Source: a virus (lineage: Duplodnaviria > Caudoviricetes). From it: a DNA stretch of 33,417 bases. Under the pieces are notes generated by a model that saw only the letters and a program-made list of their open reading frames with translations, made no database searches and had not been told where the DNA came from. Location: positions 1 to 33,417 of IMG/VR virus record IMGVR_UViG_3300033153_008111, one strand, 5' to 3'. A program made the position numbers and the translations under genes. Shown here piece after piece: positions 7,651-18,500 of this stretch (within the stretch, counting starts at the first letter, position 1; each line of letters starts with the position of its first letter).

Positions 7651-8528
7651 AAGGTAGTTCAAAAGGAATTAAAAAAACATATACTAATGAAACGGTTGAA
7701 ACTGAAGAATTATGCGTATATGGGTGTGGGTTAATTGCTCAATATAGACTTAAAAATGGAAAATTATGTTGTAGTAGAATGTCTAATAGTTGTCCTGAAC
7801 TAATAAGAAGAAGTGCTGAAACTAGAACAGGGTTGAAGAGAACTAAAGAAATACGAGAAAAATTTTCCAAATCTCATAGAGGGCAAATATCTAACAAGAA
7901 AGGTAAAACTTATGAAGAAATATATGGAAGAGAACAAACTTTAAAAATAAAGGAGAAAATGAGTATTTCAGCAAAACATACTCTAAAATCTCTAAATAAA
8001 AAATATCCATTATTTTGTAAAGTGGAGCAATTAAGAGAAGATCCTGAAACAGGAGATATTCAATGTAGGTGTAAAAACCATAAATGTAATAATTCAAAAG
8101 AAAATAATGGTTGGTTTACTCCATCATATACTCAATTATATGAAAGGATGAGAAATATTGAAAGAGGAGCGTATTTTTATTGTTCAGAAGATTGTAAACA
8201 ATCATGCAATCTTTTTGGAAAATCAACAAATCAAATAATAAAAAATTTTGAAATTGAATCCGGAACTTATGAAGGTAAAAAACAATATTATACAGATGAA
8301 GAATATAGAACATTCAGAAGTGAAGTTTTAAAAAGAGATAATTATAAATGTATTTACTGTGGTGAAAAAGCAGAACATGTTCATCATACAAGACCAAAAA
8401 AACTAGAACCACTTTTTGTTTTAGACCCAGATTATGCAATATCATGTTGTATTGAATGTCATTATAAATATGGGCATAAATCTGGTACTGAATGTTCCAC
8501 GTACAAGTTAGCGATAAAACAATGTTAG
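7647..8528 (+). CDS. HNH homing endonuclease with NUMOD3-like and Cys-rich segments
   Basis: RDNYKCIYCG...HVHH...CCIECH HNH domain, GLKRTKEIREKFSKSHRG NUMOD3-like segment, N-terminal CVYGCG. Confidence 0.85.
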   Translation: MKGSSKGIKKTYTNETVETEELCVYGCGLIAQYRLKNGKLCCSRMSNSCPELIRRSAETRTGLKRTKEIREKFSKSHRGQISNKKGKTYEEIYGREQTLKIKEKMSISAKHTLKSLNKKYPLFCKVEQLREDPETGDIQCRCKNHKCNNSKENNGWFTPSYTQLYERMRNIERGAYFYCSEDCKQSCNLFGKSTNQIIKNFEIESGTYEGKKQYYTDEEYRTFRSEVLKRDNYKCIYCGEKAEHVHHTRPKKLEPLFVLDPDYAISCCIECHYKYGHKSGTECSTYKLAIKQC

Positions 8529-8555
8529 GCATTGAAATAACAGGAGGAAATAATA

Positions 8556-9254
8556 ATGAAGTATTCATTTGCAGAGTTAGGATCCAATATATTAACTAGA
8601 CGTTTCGGAGGAACATCCGTAGGAGTAGCAGATCCTTATGTTTCTGGATATCATTTTATCTGGTTTGATAAGTTACCTGCGGATATTATCAAATATACAT
8701 CACAAGGTATTAGTGGAATTTCAAGTGAAGCAGAAGTTAAGAATATTCTTGCTGCTTCTTGTTTAGGTGTAACACCTCCGGGTGGAACTCTTAACAAAGT
8801 AGAATTCACAGGGTTGGGAGGAGTCAAATGGAGTGTGCCCGGCAATGTTGATTATGGGAATACTGTTTCAATTAAGTTTCTTGAAATGAACAAAACTCCT
8901 ATTCTTGATATTATGCATGGATGGGTAAAAATGATTCGTGACTATAGAACTGGTGTTACTGATTTGGTAGATGGTGATAGTGGTGATGGTTACACAAAGA
9001 AAACATATGCAGGTATGATGTATTACTGGACAACAGCTCCGGATGCAAAAACTGTTGAATATTATGCATGTTACGATGGTATGTTTCCTGGTAAAGATCC
9101 TCAAGATCTATTTACAAGTGATGTTGAAACAGTAGGAAGATTAGATGTAGAAATCGAATTCAACGTAGATTATGCATGGCGTGAAACATTCGCAGAAACA
9201 TTTATGTCAGCTAAATCAGAAGTTGAAGGTTATGGCGAAACTCAAGCAGGTTAA
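8556..9254 (+). CDS. Tail tube-like protein (T4 gp19/gp54-type fold)
   Basis: Size, PGGTLNKVEF..LGG...VPG and SIKFLE...WVKMIRD...FNVDY pattern, strong AGGAGG RBS, downstream terminator, baseplate context. Confidence 0.6.
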   Translation: MKYSFAELGSNILTRRFGGTSVGVADPYVSGYHFIWFDKLPADIIKYTSQGISGISSEAEVKNILAASCLGVTPPGGTLNKVEFTGLGGVKWSVPGNVDYGNTVSIKFLEMNKTPILDIMHGWVKMIRDYRTGVTDLVDGDSGDGYTKKTYAGMMYYWTTAPDAKTVEYYACYDGMFPGKDPQDLFTSDVETVGRLDVEIEFNVDYAWRETFAETFMSAKSEVEGYGETQAG

Positions 9255-9267
9255 ACAAATTACAAAT

Positions 9268-9289
9268 GGGGTCTACGGACCCCTATTTT
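9268..9289 (+). terminator. Intrinsic terminator-like hairpin with UACG tetraloop
   Basis: GGGGTC-TACG-GACCCC followed by TATTTT, just after the tube-like gene. Confidence 0.75.
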
Positions 9290-9311
9290 ACACAAATAAG
9301 GAGATTTAATA

Positions 9312-9776
9312 ATGAATATTAATGATTTAAAATTAAATGCAGCTGGTTTTGTAGTTGATTCAAAAATGAGTAAGCCTGCTAAATTACAAATGTTAAAGTT
9401 TATACAACATGAAGCTACAGAAGAACAACTAATGGTTATTCTATTGGATGGAAAAATTGAAGTTCTTGATGAACAAGCATCTGAAATTGTAAGAGATAGA
9501 TTTGCAGTTAATGAAGCAATGACACAGGATACTAAAGATGCTATAACTCCATATAACAGAATGTTTGGGGTTTGTGCTAAAAAATGTGGACGAATTGCAT
9601 TATCTACTAAAGCGGCAGCATGTAAAAAAGCATGTCAAAATCAAAGAGATCAAGCGATCTATAAAGCAAGATTAAAAATTAAAGCAGCTAAAAAAGCAGG
9701 TGGTCCAAATAAAAAAGCTAATGTTGCAGCAATAAAAGCTAAAAGAGCAAAAGAATTAGAAGCATCAAAAAGATAA
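9312..9776 (+). CDS. Basic twin-CX3C protein, probable virion component
   Basis: CAKKC-X11-CKKAC, Lys/Ala-rich tail, AAGGAG RBS. Confidence 0.7.
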   Translation: MNINDLKLNAAGFVVDSKMSKPAKLQMLKFIQHEATEEQLMVILLDGKIEVLDEQASEIVRDRFAVNEAMTQDTKDAITPYNRMFGVCAKKCGRIALSTKAAACKKACQNQRDQAIYKARLKIKAAKKAGGPNKKANVAAIKAKRAKELEASKR

Positions 9777-9805
9777 AATAAAACAACAAGAAAGGAGATA
9801 GACTA

Positions 9806-10597
9806 ATGGTTTTCAAAGGATTTAATGTGAAGTATCCCGAATACGAGGTTATCACCCCTCAGACAAAATTGTCATTCCATGTCAAATCATTGAATGTACA
9901 AGAAGAGGAAAGAATGAAAGGGAGTCTTATGACTCCAACTAAAATCACAGAACATTTAAATAAATGTCTGTTTGAATCAATTACTGTAAAACCTGAAGGA
10001 ATCCAAGACTTTGGAAGTTTTTTAAAAAATGTTACATTAAAAGATAGAGATGCATTGTTATATGGATTATATCATATTACATATGGTGAGATACGAAATT
10101 ACGATGTACGTTGTGGTTCTTGTAATAAGGAGTTCCCTATAAATATTGAAATTTCAAGTACTTTTAATTTCAATCCATATCCAGGCGATAACATTCTTAC
10201 GGAAAAAGTTAAAGTTCCATTAAAAATTACTGATGGGGTTTCCGTAGTTTTAAAACAACCTACCCTTCAAGATGAAACTTTAGCGCTTAGAAATCTTTCA
10301 TCTAGACCTGGATCAAATACAGATCTTATTATTGAAACATTAATAATTGATAGTTTTGAAGAAGATGTTCCTGAAAGTACAGAACCAAAAGTGTACAATG
10401 AAAAAACTGATATTATTGATGCATATTTGACTCTGCCTGCCAAAGACAAAAGAATCATCCATGAACAATACCTAGAAAAATTTGGTAAGTATGGTATTGA
10501 ATTAAAGATGAAAACTTTTTGTCCTTCTTGTGGTGCAGAGGAAGATTTAAATATAGATCTGGTGGAAAACTTTTTTCGTGAAATCCACTCAGCATAA
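9806..10597 (+). CDS. Baseplate hub / assembly protein, T4 gp26-like
   Basis: P.YEVITP...V.EE N-terminus, DRDALLY, two CxxC pairs (CGSC, CPSC), ends in NFF; lies upstream of the gp25-like gene. Confidence 0.7.
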   Translation: MVFKGFNVKYPEYEVITPQTKLSFHVKSLNVQEEERMKGSLMTPTKITEHLNKCLFESITVKPEGIQDFGSFLKNVTLKDRDALLYGLYHITYGEIRNYDVRCGSCNKEFPINIEISSTFNFNPYPGDNILTEKVKVPLKITDGVSVVLKQPTLQDETLALRNLSSRPGSNTDLIIETLIIDSFEEDVPESTEPKVYNEKTDIIDAYLTLPAKDKRIIHEQYLEKFGKYGIELKMKTFCPSCGAEEDLNIDLVENFFREIHSA

Positions 10598-10784
10598 TGA
10601 AATAGCTGAGTATAGGCAAATTTTACACGATAATGTTTTTTCTTGTATGGAAATGAGTAAACAATCCTGGATTGATACTATGATGATGCCCGTAAAAACA
10701 TTTTCTGATTACCTTAAGTGGAAGTCTACTCTTGAGGAAGAAAAGAAAAAATTAATGGAAGAGGAGGCTGCAAAAGGTGGCTAA
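10578..10784 (+). CDS. Short gp51-like / chaperone-extension ORF, possibly a frameshift extension of the upstream gene
   Basis: +1 frame overlapping the gp26-like 3' end, weak GTG start, S..D.M.MP...YL.W...EEEKKK pattern. Confidence 0.6.
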   Translation: MKSTQHNEIAEYRQILHDNVFSCMEMSKQSWIDTMMMPVKTFSDYLKWKSTLEEEKKKLMEEEAAKGG

Positions 10785-11214
10785 TTTACTAGATAGATTT
10801 AATAAAAATGCAATAGGATCCAAAGGAAACATTGCTGATTATATTTCTATTATAATATCTTCCGGTGATTTTAAACGAGTCACAAATCTAGAAGTAATAT
10901 TAAATTCGTGGAGTAATATTTTATTAACCCCTCTCAGAACTTATGATCATGACCCTACATACGGGAGTGATTTATATAAGATGATATTTGAACCTGCTGA
11001 TGAAATGACATCTGAAAAAATTGAAAGAGAGATTGAATCTAAAATTACTTTGTTTGATGATCGTGCCACAATTGAAGATATTTCTATTGATTTTCTTACA
11101 AATCAAAAAGGATTTAATTTGAGCATTACAGTTGATTACGAAGGAACTTCTGGAGAATTAAAAACTACAATTGATGAATCTCTATATTTTAAATTTATGG
11201 AAGTTACTGAGTGA
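10777..11214 (+). CDS. Baseplate wedge / sheath initiator, gp25 (GPW_gp25) family
   Basis: NILLTP.R...DPTYGSDLYKMIFEP.D...I...I..FDDR gp25 pattern; GAGG RBS, GTG start. Confidence 0.85.
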   Translation: MANLLDRFNKNAIGSKGNIADYISIIISSGDFKRVTNLEVILNSWSNILLTPLRTYDHDPTYGSDLYKMIFEPADEMTSEKIEREIESKITLFDDRATIEDISIDFLTNQKGFNLSITVDYEGTSGELKTTIDESLYFKFMEVTE

Positions 11215-11226
11215 GGATAAATTAAT

Positions 11227-11871
11227 ATGACAGAGATAGATAAAAAATTATTAGAAGAAGCTTGTAAACATGTTCTTCTTGATATAGCTGTTAATAGTAC
11301 CCATTTAAAAGAGAATGTTACATTTAAGCAACATGTTGGTGTATGTAATACAATAACTGAAATGACTTACGAAGAAGCTGTATCTTATGTTTTTAATAAA
11401 GGTGAAATATTAGATGAATTTGGAATAAGAGATTTTGAAGGTAAATTTAAAAAAATGTTAAAATATGGAATGGCAGCTATTGCAGGAGGAGTTGTAGCTG
11501 CTATGGGAGCTGTATCAACAGCATTGGTTGCCCCCGCAATAGGAGTTTTTGTTTATTATTTATTTAGAAAAGTAACTGATCCTTGTTGGCAGGCATGCAT
11601 TAAAAAGATGCCGATGAGTACAGAAAATCAAATATGTAAATATCAATGTCATGTAACTGCTGCTAAAAATATAGTTCGTGATATAAAAGTAGAAATGAAC
11701 AAATGTAGTCAAACCAAAAATCCACCAAAATGTACTAAAGCACTTCAAAAACAATATATAAAATGGTCTAAAAAATTACAATCAGAGATAATAAATTTAA
11801 GACAAGCAACTGCTAAAGCAGATGAGAAAAGAAGAAAACAGCAAGAAAAAGAAAGAAAGGCCAAAAGATAA
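11227..11871 (+). CDS. Twin-CX3C protein with hydrophobic Gly/Ala segment
   Basis: CWQAC-X12-CKYQC...CSQTKNPPKC; paralog of 11874-12410. Confidence 0.75.
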   Translation: MTEIDKKLLEEACKHVLLDIAVNSTHLKENVTFKQHVGVCNTITEMTYEEAVSYVFNKGEILDEFGIRDFEGKFKKMLKYGMAAIAGGVVAAMGAVSTALVAPAIGVFVYYLFRKVTDPCWQACIKKMPMSTENQICKYQCHVTAAKNIVRDIKVEMNKCSQTKNPPKCTKALQKQYIKWSKKLQSEIINLRQATAKADEKRRKQQEKERKAKR

Positions 11872-11873
11872 TT

Positions 11874-12410
11874 ATGGAGAAACTAATGACCAGAGATTCT
11901 TTATTAGAAATAATATCAAATAATACTTCAATACGAAATAAATTATCATTTAAAGAACACTTAGAATTATACGATTATGTTACAAATCTTTCAGAAATTA
12001 ACTTAGCTAAATTAATCGAAGAGGTAGAACCTCCTGAAACTAATCCTAAATTACAAAAGTTTTTAACTATGGGACTTGCAGCAGCAAGTTTGTTATTGCC
12101 TGTTCCGGGATTAACAGCTGTTGTTTTATATGCAACAGATATAAATATGTATAAGTGTAGAATGAGATGTGAAAAGGAAGGATCTTCAAATAAAGAATTA
12201 TGTTATAGGAAGTGTAAATATTTAGCGACTAAATGGGCGGTGAAATGGGTAGAAGGTGAAATTAAAAAATGTAGTAAAACTAAAACTCCTTTTAAGTGTC
12301 AGAAAAAATTATTCAAACTTTTAAAAGCGGTTAAATTAAAAGAAACGAAAGAAGAAATTATATTCAAGCAAAAACAAAAGGAAGCTAACTGGAAGGCATC
12401 AAGGAGATAA
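11874..12410 (+). CDS. Twin-CX3C protein with hydrophobic segment
   Basis: CRMRC-X10-CYRKC...CSKTKTPFKC. N-terminus LLEIISNN...LSFKEH aligns with LLDIAVNS...VTFKQH of the previous gene. Confidence 0.75.
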   Translation: MEKLMTRDSLLEIISNNTSIRNKLSFKEHLELYDYVTNLSEINLAKLIEEVEPPETNPKLQKFLTMGLAAASLLLPVPGLTAVVLYATDINMYKCRMRCEKEGSSNKELCYRKCKYLATKWAVKWVEGEIKKCSKTKTPFKCQKKLFKLLKAVKLKETKEEIIFKQKQKEANWKASRR

Positions 12411-12412
12411 AT

Positions 12413-13060
12413 ATGCAAAAATTTCAGCGTATTTATGATTACATTCATGAATATCAAAGTTTGGTTTATGACTATTATTCCAAAATTGCCGTTGCATATT
12501 TAGTTACTTATTATAACCTTGATAAAGATGAAACCGTTTGGGACGATACTGATTTGTTTGGTGGTTCTTATGAAAGAACAGGTACTGATCTCAGTGGAAT
12601 AAAACGAAATAAAATTTTATTACTTCCTGTTTTCTTTCCAGAAGAAGTTAGTACTGTATTTGATGGTCAAGAAACAGGTTACCATAAGGTAAATGAAACC
12701 TCCTTTGTAATGCCAAGTACATATGGAATAACTCCATACCCGGGAGATATAGTCAAATTAGAACAAGAATATTTAAATCCAACAGATGATACATATCCAT
12801 TATTTATAGTGGAAGGAGTTGAAATATCAGTAAATACTGAAAGACGTTTTTGGAAAATTAAATTAAAAACATTTGAAAATCAAAAAGTTTCTGCTATTGA
12901 TGTTCAAGTTACAAATACTTATGCTTTTATGGAATATGATAAAACAATTCATACATTAGAAGATTCCGCACTTATGACAAAGCTCCTATATAAAAACAGT
13001 CTATTACGGGAAAATCTAAAACATCTATATGACGACAATTCGGGTTTCTATTTAATATAA
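12413..13060 (+). CDS. Virion structural protein, possibly neck/head-closure (T4 gp14-like)
   Basis: PYPGDIVKL...LFIVEGVE...WKIKLK resembles the head-closure beta-barrel pattern; structural context. Confidence 0.45.
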   Translation: MQKFQRIYDYIHEYQSLVYDYYSKIAVAYLVTYYNLDKDETVWDDTDLFGGSYERTGTDLSGIKRNKILLLPVFFPEEVSTVFDGQETGYHKVNETSFVMPSTYGITPYPGDIVKLEQEYLNPTDDTYPLFIVEGVEISVNTERRFWKIKLKTFENQKVSAIDVQVTNTYAFMEYDKTIHTLEDSALMTKLLYKNSLLRENLKHLYDDNSGFYLI

Positions 13061-13072
13061 AAGGAATAATAT

Positions 13073-15520
13073 ATGTCAGATTCTATTTCAACTCAGATTA
13101 ATTTATCAAGAGATTCTATAAGAGAGCAATTGATTTCCTATATGAAGAATAATCTTGAACTTGAAAATGTGGATCTTACGAAATCGTCATTTCTATCATT
13201 TTTAGTAAATGTTTTATCAAGTCTAACAAGTAATTTATTATTCTATCAAATGTCTGTTTATAAAGAATTCTTTTTAACACAGGCGCAACTTCCCGAAAGT
13301 ATTTTTAATTTATCTGCCTTTCTAGGTTATAATTCGCCAAATGCAAATTATTCAAATGCAACTGCAATTGTTACCGTTCCGTTTGGGTTTCCAGATGCAA
13401 CCAATATATTTACAATTCCTACTGGGTTTAAATTTAAAACAGATAATGAAATTCAATTTGTTACCTATTATACAGTGACAGTTACTGTAACTAGTAATTC
13501 AAGTGTAACTGTTGTATTAACAGAAGGAACTAAAAGATATAATTTAGCCGTTGATGTTGGTAGTTCGGATTTTTCATTTGCTCTACCATTAAGACAATAT
13601 AAGACAGTTATACAAGAATTTAAGATTGATGATTATCTTGAAGAATATCAATTTGTTACAATTGATGTTCCTATGACGGGCAAAGTTGCTGAAATGGAAG
13701 TAAAATTTATAGATCCAACTGATCTATCAGAAACAATATGGACGGAATTTGATAGTTTATATCTTATGAATGAAACATCAGAAGGGTATGTTTCAAGAAG
13801 AACCGATTCAGGAAGAAGATTATATTTTGGAAATAATTTAATTGGGGTTCAACCTACTGCTGGATCAACATTAATAGTTACAACGAATGAAACAGAAGGA
13901 GCTAATGGAAATATAATAGCCGGATCAATTAGAACAGGCGAACGTCTTTATACTACAATTGATTTAGGAACAAATCAATTAGTAAGTTATGATGTAACAA
14001 ATCCATCTTCAGCTACTGGAGGAACTGACGAAGAATCTCTAGAAGCGATTAGAAGTAATTCTATTGCTGCTCTTACAAGTTTAACAAGATTAGTAACTGA
14101 AAATAATTATAAAAATATAGATACTGTAATTCCAAATGCCCCTCTTGGAGCAAATTCTCTTACAGTCAAAAAAACATCTGATATAAAAACAAATGAAACT
14201 AATTTATATAGTTCAATTGAATTTGATGGTGATATTGTTCCTACAAGATCTATTTATTATGAAGTTCCTTATTCTACTACTTTTATTCCTCGTGGAACAA
14301 CAATAACATTTGATTCAATAGACTACTATACTATTTTTTATATGAACATTGATATTTTAAATTCGGTTGCTGAATATATATATATTTTGGACGAACTTGA
14401 GCAAATTCCTACACTTATTACTAGTTATTCTTCACAATACGATCTTATTATAAGTAATCTTGTTGTATCTAAAGTTGGTAACAAAGCGGTATTTACACTT
14501 CACTATATAAGTACAGAAACTAATTATGAAAATTGTACTTGCAAAATGCAATTTGCTTCAACTGAAATTACTCACGCAATGACAAATGATTCAACTGCAA
14601 GTACTTTCACATATGAATTTCCTTTATATACCACAATTCCGGAAGATGATCAATTATATTACTTTACATTAACAGATCCATCATCTATAGATATGGCTAG
14701 ATATTCAGCAACACTTACATTTGCCAAAGATTGTTCTGGATTCATGTTATCAAATACCAATTATGACGGGACAGATACAACAACTATATATGATATTCCA
14801 GTAATAAAGAAAAGTTATTATGATAGTATTAATCAAAGAACATTTGAAAGTTCTGTATTACAACCTATAATTTCATCATTAGGATTAACTAGTTATAGAA
14901 TGTTATCAGATTTTACAAATTTTAAATTTGTAAATACTACTGGAAATTGTGTAAATATGAAATACAATCCCCCAACTCGAACCTCAGTTATTAATTTAAG
15001 AGGTTCCGCCCCAACAGGAATGGATGTAGGGGATAGATATATTTTAACTACTGGAACATATCAAAATTATATATTCGAAGCAACTGATTCAACATCTGGA
15101 ACATATATAGAAGCTATAACTGATGATATTGTACAAGTTACTAGTTTAAATAAATTTTATATTTATTCAGATATAGGTTGGATTGAAATTCCAGAGTATA
15201 CAATTCCATTTGAAATTGAAATTGAGATATTCAAGGAATCATCATATGCAGATTCTAATACTACATTATCAGACACAATTAAAACAGCTATTGTAAATAA
15301 TTTTCAAAGTCGATTTGGAGCAAACCTTGCTTTATACAGGTCCGAAATAATTGACACGGTTCAAAGTATAGATGGTATAGATCATTGTAGGTTATTACAA
15401 CCTACATCAAATATATTTTTCAGTTTCGAAATAAGTGATTTGTCTGAGGATGAACTATTGGAATATACCCCTGATTATGTTTATTTCGATTCTTCTAATA
15501 TTACGGTAAGGATAATATAA
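13073..15520 (+). CDS. Baseplate wedge protein, T4 gp6/baseplate-J-like (uninterrupted copy 1)
   Basis: EFFLTQAQLPESI..L...LGY, LYFGN..IG..P..G, GGTDEESLEAIR...RLVT..Y and SEIIDTVQSIDGIDH motifs. Confidence 0.85.
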   Translation: MSDSISTQINLSRDSIREQLISYMKNNLELENVDLTKSSFLSFLVNVLSSLTSNLLFYQMSVYKEFFLTQAQLPESIFNLSAFLGYNSPNANYSNATAIVTVPFGFPDATNIFTIPTGFKFKTDNEIQFVTYYTVTVTVTSNSSVTVVLTEGTKRYNLAVDVGSSDFSFALPLRQYKTVIQEFKIDDYLEEYQFVTIDVPMTGKVAEMEVKFIDPTDLSETIWTEFDSLYLMNETSEGYVSRRTDSGRRLYFGNNLIGVQPTAGSTLIVTTNETEGANGNIIAGSIRTGERLYTTIDLGTNQLVSYDVTNPSSATGGTDEESLEAIRSNSIAALTSLTRLVTENNYKNIDTVIPNAPLGANSLTVKKTSDIKTNETNLYSSIEFDGDIVPTRSIYYEVPYSTTFIPRGTTITFDSIDYYTIFYMNIDILNSVAEYIYILDELEQIPTLITSYSSQYDLIISNLVVSKVGNKAVFTLHYISTETNYENCTCKMQFASTEITHAMTNDSTASTFTYEFPLYTTIPEDDQLYYFTLTDPSSIDMARYSATLTFAKDCSGFMLSNTNYDGTDTTTIYDIPVIKKSYYDSINQRTFESSVLQPIISSLGLTSYRMLSDFTNFKFVNTTGNCVNMKYNPPTRTSVINLRGSAPTGMDVGDRYILTTGTYQNYIFEATDSTSGTYIEAITDDIVQVTSLNKFYIYSDIGWIEIPEYTIPFEIEIEIFKESSYADSNTTLSDTIKTAIVNNFQSRFGANLALYRSEIIDTVQSIDGIDHCRLLQPTSNIFFSFEISDLSEDELLEYTPDYVYFDSSNITVRII

Positions 15521-15523
15521 AAA

Positions 15524-18500
15524 GTGTCAGATTCTATTTCAACACAAATTGATATATCAAGAGATTCTATAAAAGAACAGGTTAGTACATATCTTAAAGA
15601 ATATCTTGAAATTGAAAATGTAGATCTTTCAAACTCCTCATTTTTATCATTCCTGGTAAATATTTTATCAACACTCACAGGAAATATATTATTTTACCAA
15701 CTCTCCGGTTATAAAGAATTTTTCTTAACTCAAGCACAACTTCCTGAAAGTATTTCCAATTTATCTGCATTTCTAGGTTATCATTCAAACATGGCGGAAT
15801 ATGCGACTACAAATGTTGTTATGACTGTTGAGTTTAATTTTCCAGACGATTCAAATACATTTACAATTCCATCTGGATTTAAATTTAAAAGTAATAGTAT
15901 AGAATTTGTAACTTATTATACATCTGATGTAGAGGTCACAAGTAATTCAGAAGTTAATATTTTAATTACAGAAGGTGATAAAAAATACTATCTTCCAGTA
16001 ACAATAGGAAGTGGAACCTTTTCTTTTGCATTGCCGGTACGTCAATATAAAACAAATACACAAGAATTTCAGATAGATTTGGATATTGAACCTTATCAAT
16101 TTTTAACCATTGATGTTCCCTTATCTGGAAAAGCTACATCTATAAATGTAACTATTTCAGAACCAGGAAATGCAGCAACTATTTTATGGACTGAATATAA
16201 TAGTTTATACTTTTTAGATCAAACTACCAAAGGGTATGTCGTAAGAAATACAAGTTTTGGAAAAAGATTATTTTTTGGAAATGGTTTAATTGGAAGTCAA
16301 CCTTCTGCAGGATCTAATATAACAATAGTTATAAATGAAACTGAAGGAACTATTGGAAATATTGATGCTGATTCTATTACATCTGGAGATAAAGTATATA
16401 CATTTATAGAAACAGGAACTAATCAAGCAGTTAAATATACTATGACAAATCCTGTATCAGCTACATGTGGAAAAGATGAAGAATCGGATGAAGAAGTTCG
16501 AAGTAATTCTATTAAACATATCACGAGTTTAGGAAATCTAGTAACAAATAATGATTATAAAAATATTGATGTTGTTGTTGACAATTCTCCTTTATCAGAA
16601 AATATTCTGGCAGTTTTAAAAAGATCTGATATAAAATTAAATGATATTCAACTATATAGTCCAATTGAATTTTCAAGTGAAATAACACCTACTAGAAATA
16701 CTTATTATACAGATCGTACCGACTCGGGTATTGTTTCAAGAGGGACAATAGTAACAACAGATAATGTTGATTATTACACTCTTTTTGATTTAATATTAGA
16801 TTATACTACTTTAATTGCTAAATATAAATATGTAATGTATGAAATTGAACAAATCCCATCCTTAATAATAACACATACCAATTATGGTTTATATGTTATT
16901 AATTTAGTTGTTTCTAAATCAGCTTCTAAAGCAGTTTTTAAATTATATTATACAAGTACCGAATCAAATTTTGAGAATTGTACTTGTGAAATGCAAATTG
17001 TATCAAATGAAACATCTTATAATATGGTTAATGATTCAACCTCGCAAACATTTATATATGAAATTGACCCATATACAACAATCCCTGATGATAAACAGAA
17101 ATATTATTTTTCTATATCAAATCCATCATCCACATTAGTTTCAAAATATTCTACTTCTTTTACATTTGTTAAAGATTGTTCAAAATTTATGTTATCAACA
17201 TTTGAATATACAGATCCATATATTCCAGTTGAATCTTTTGATCCTGTTTCGGTTTCTCCTTTTTATACATGGGTTATTGAAGAAGATACTTATAGTAAAA
17301 CAGATCCTCATCTAGATCATAATATTATATTTAATTCTATTACTGGTAAAGTTGAAATAGTGTATATTGATGATAATGTAAATGAAGGAAGTTATCATAT
17401 AAGCGGAAATAAAGATTCCTTTACAGCCGGAGATTATAGATGCTCTAATATGCAATATCAATCCAAAATAATGTTGGATGATTTTGGTAATATATATTAT
17501 GTTGGTTGGAGTGGAACTGGTTATTTAGGTATTAAAGGTAATGGGTATGGTAGTTATTCTGCCGATGCTTATGATCTAGCTCCCGGGTATAAAATACACA
17601 ATAGTGTGGGCGATAGATATAGTTACAGAGGATTTGATGTAATAACAGGTCTAAATGAAGGTGATATTCATGCGGTTTTTTATGGGTATAATTCAACTTT
17701 AATGATAAATTATGGGACTTACTATACAACAAATGTAACTGGATCATGGGTAACCAAATTTATTTCTGATAAATTTTCATATGTACCTAAAATCAAAATT
17801 GACAGTCTCGGAAATTTATATATTGTTCTACCAAATACAACAACAAATGCTTATACAACAGTTATAGAAAGTTTAGGTACTTGGGAATCAACAAACTATT
17901 CTGCTATTGTTAATTCGTCAATTTCAATGGTTGGAATTGATTTTGATTCTAGTAATAACCTTCATATGGTTGGATTTCATTCATCTATAAATAGTTTAAT
18001 TTATGCCACAAATGTGACAGGTGAATGGGTAAGTCAAACTATTACCCAAATTGATCCTTTAAATAATACAAGTGAATGGACCGGGTCTTATAAACAAATT
18101 TCATTTAAAATAGGTCGTAATAGAACGGTTTATATTCTTCATTATTACACAAGTCTATCAACTACAGCTGCCAAAATGGTTATGAGTAATAATGTTTCAG
18201 GTCAATTTATTAGTTCTATTGTGGATCAAGAAAATGAAACAGGAAGAACATATACTGATTCTGGTGTGCAAATGGATCTTTATATAAATAATATTCATGC
18301 TGTTTATTGTAAATATAATCCTGGTTCTACAGTAATATATTCTTCTCTAGTTTACGGGGTATTCGGGGAATCAGGATATGTTTCATTAACAGATACTAAT
18401 TACTGGGCTCCAGATTCCACTATTTGTAGTTTTGACAGTACTTCTAATACATGGGTATCAGAGGATACATATTCACCAAAAGGTATAAGTCTAACTCCTA

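Noticed and set aside
7498-8556. Group I intron housing the HNH gene
   Set aside because: The HNH ORF overlaps the upstream gene and ends 27 nt before the next start, leaving no room for an intron core, and the flanking genes do not look like halves of one gene.
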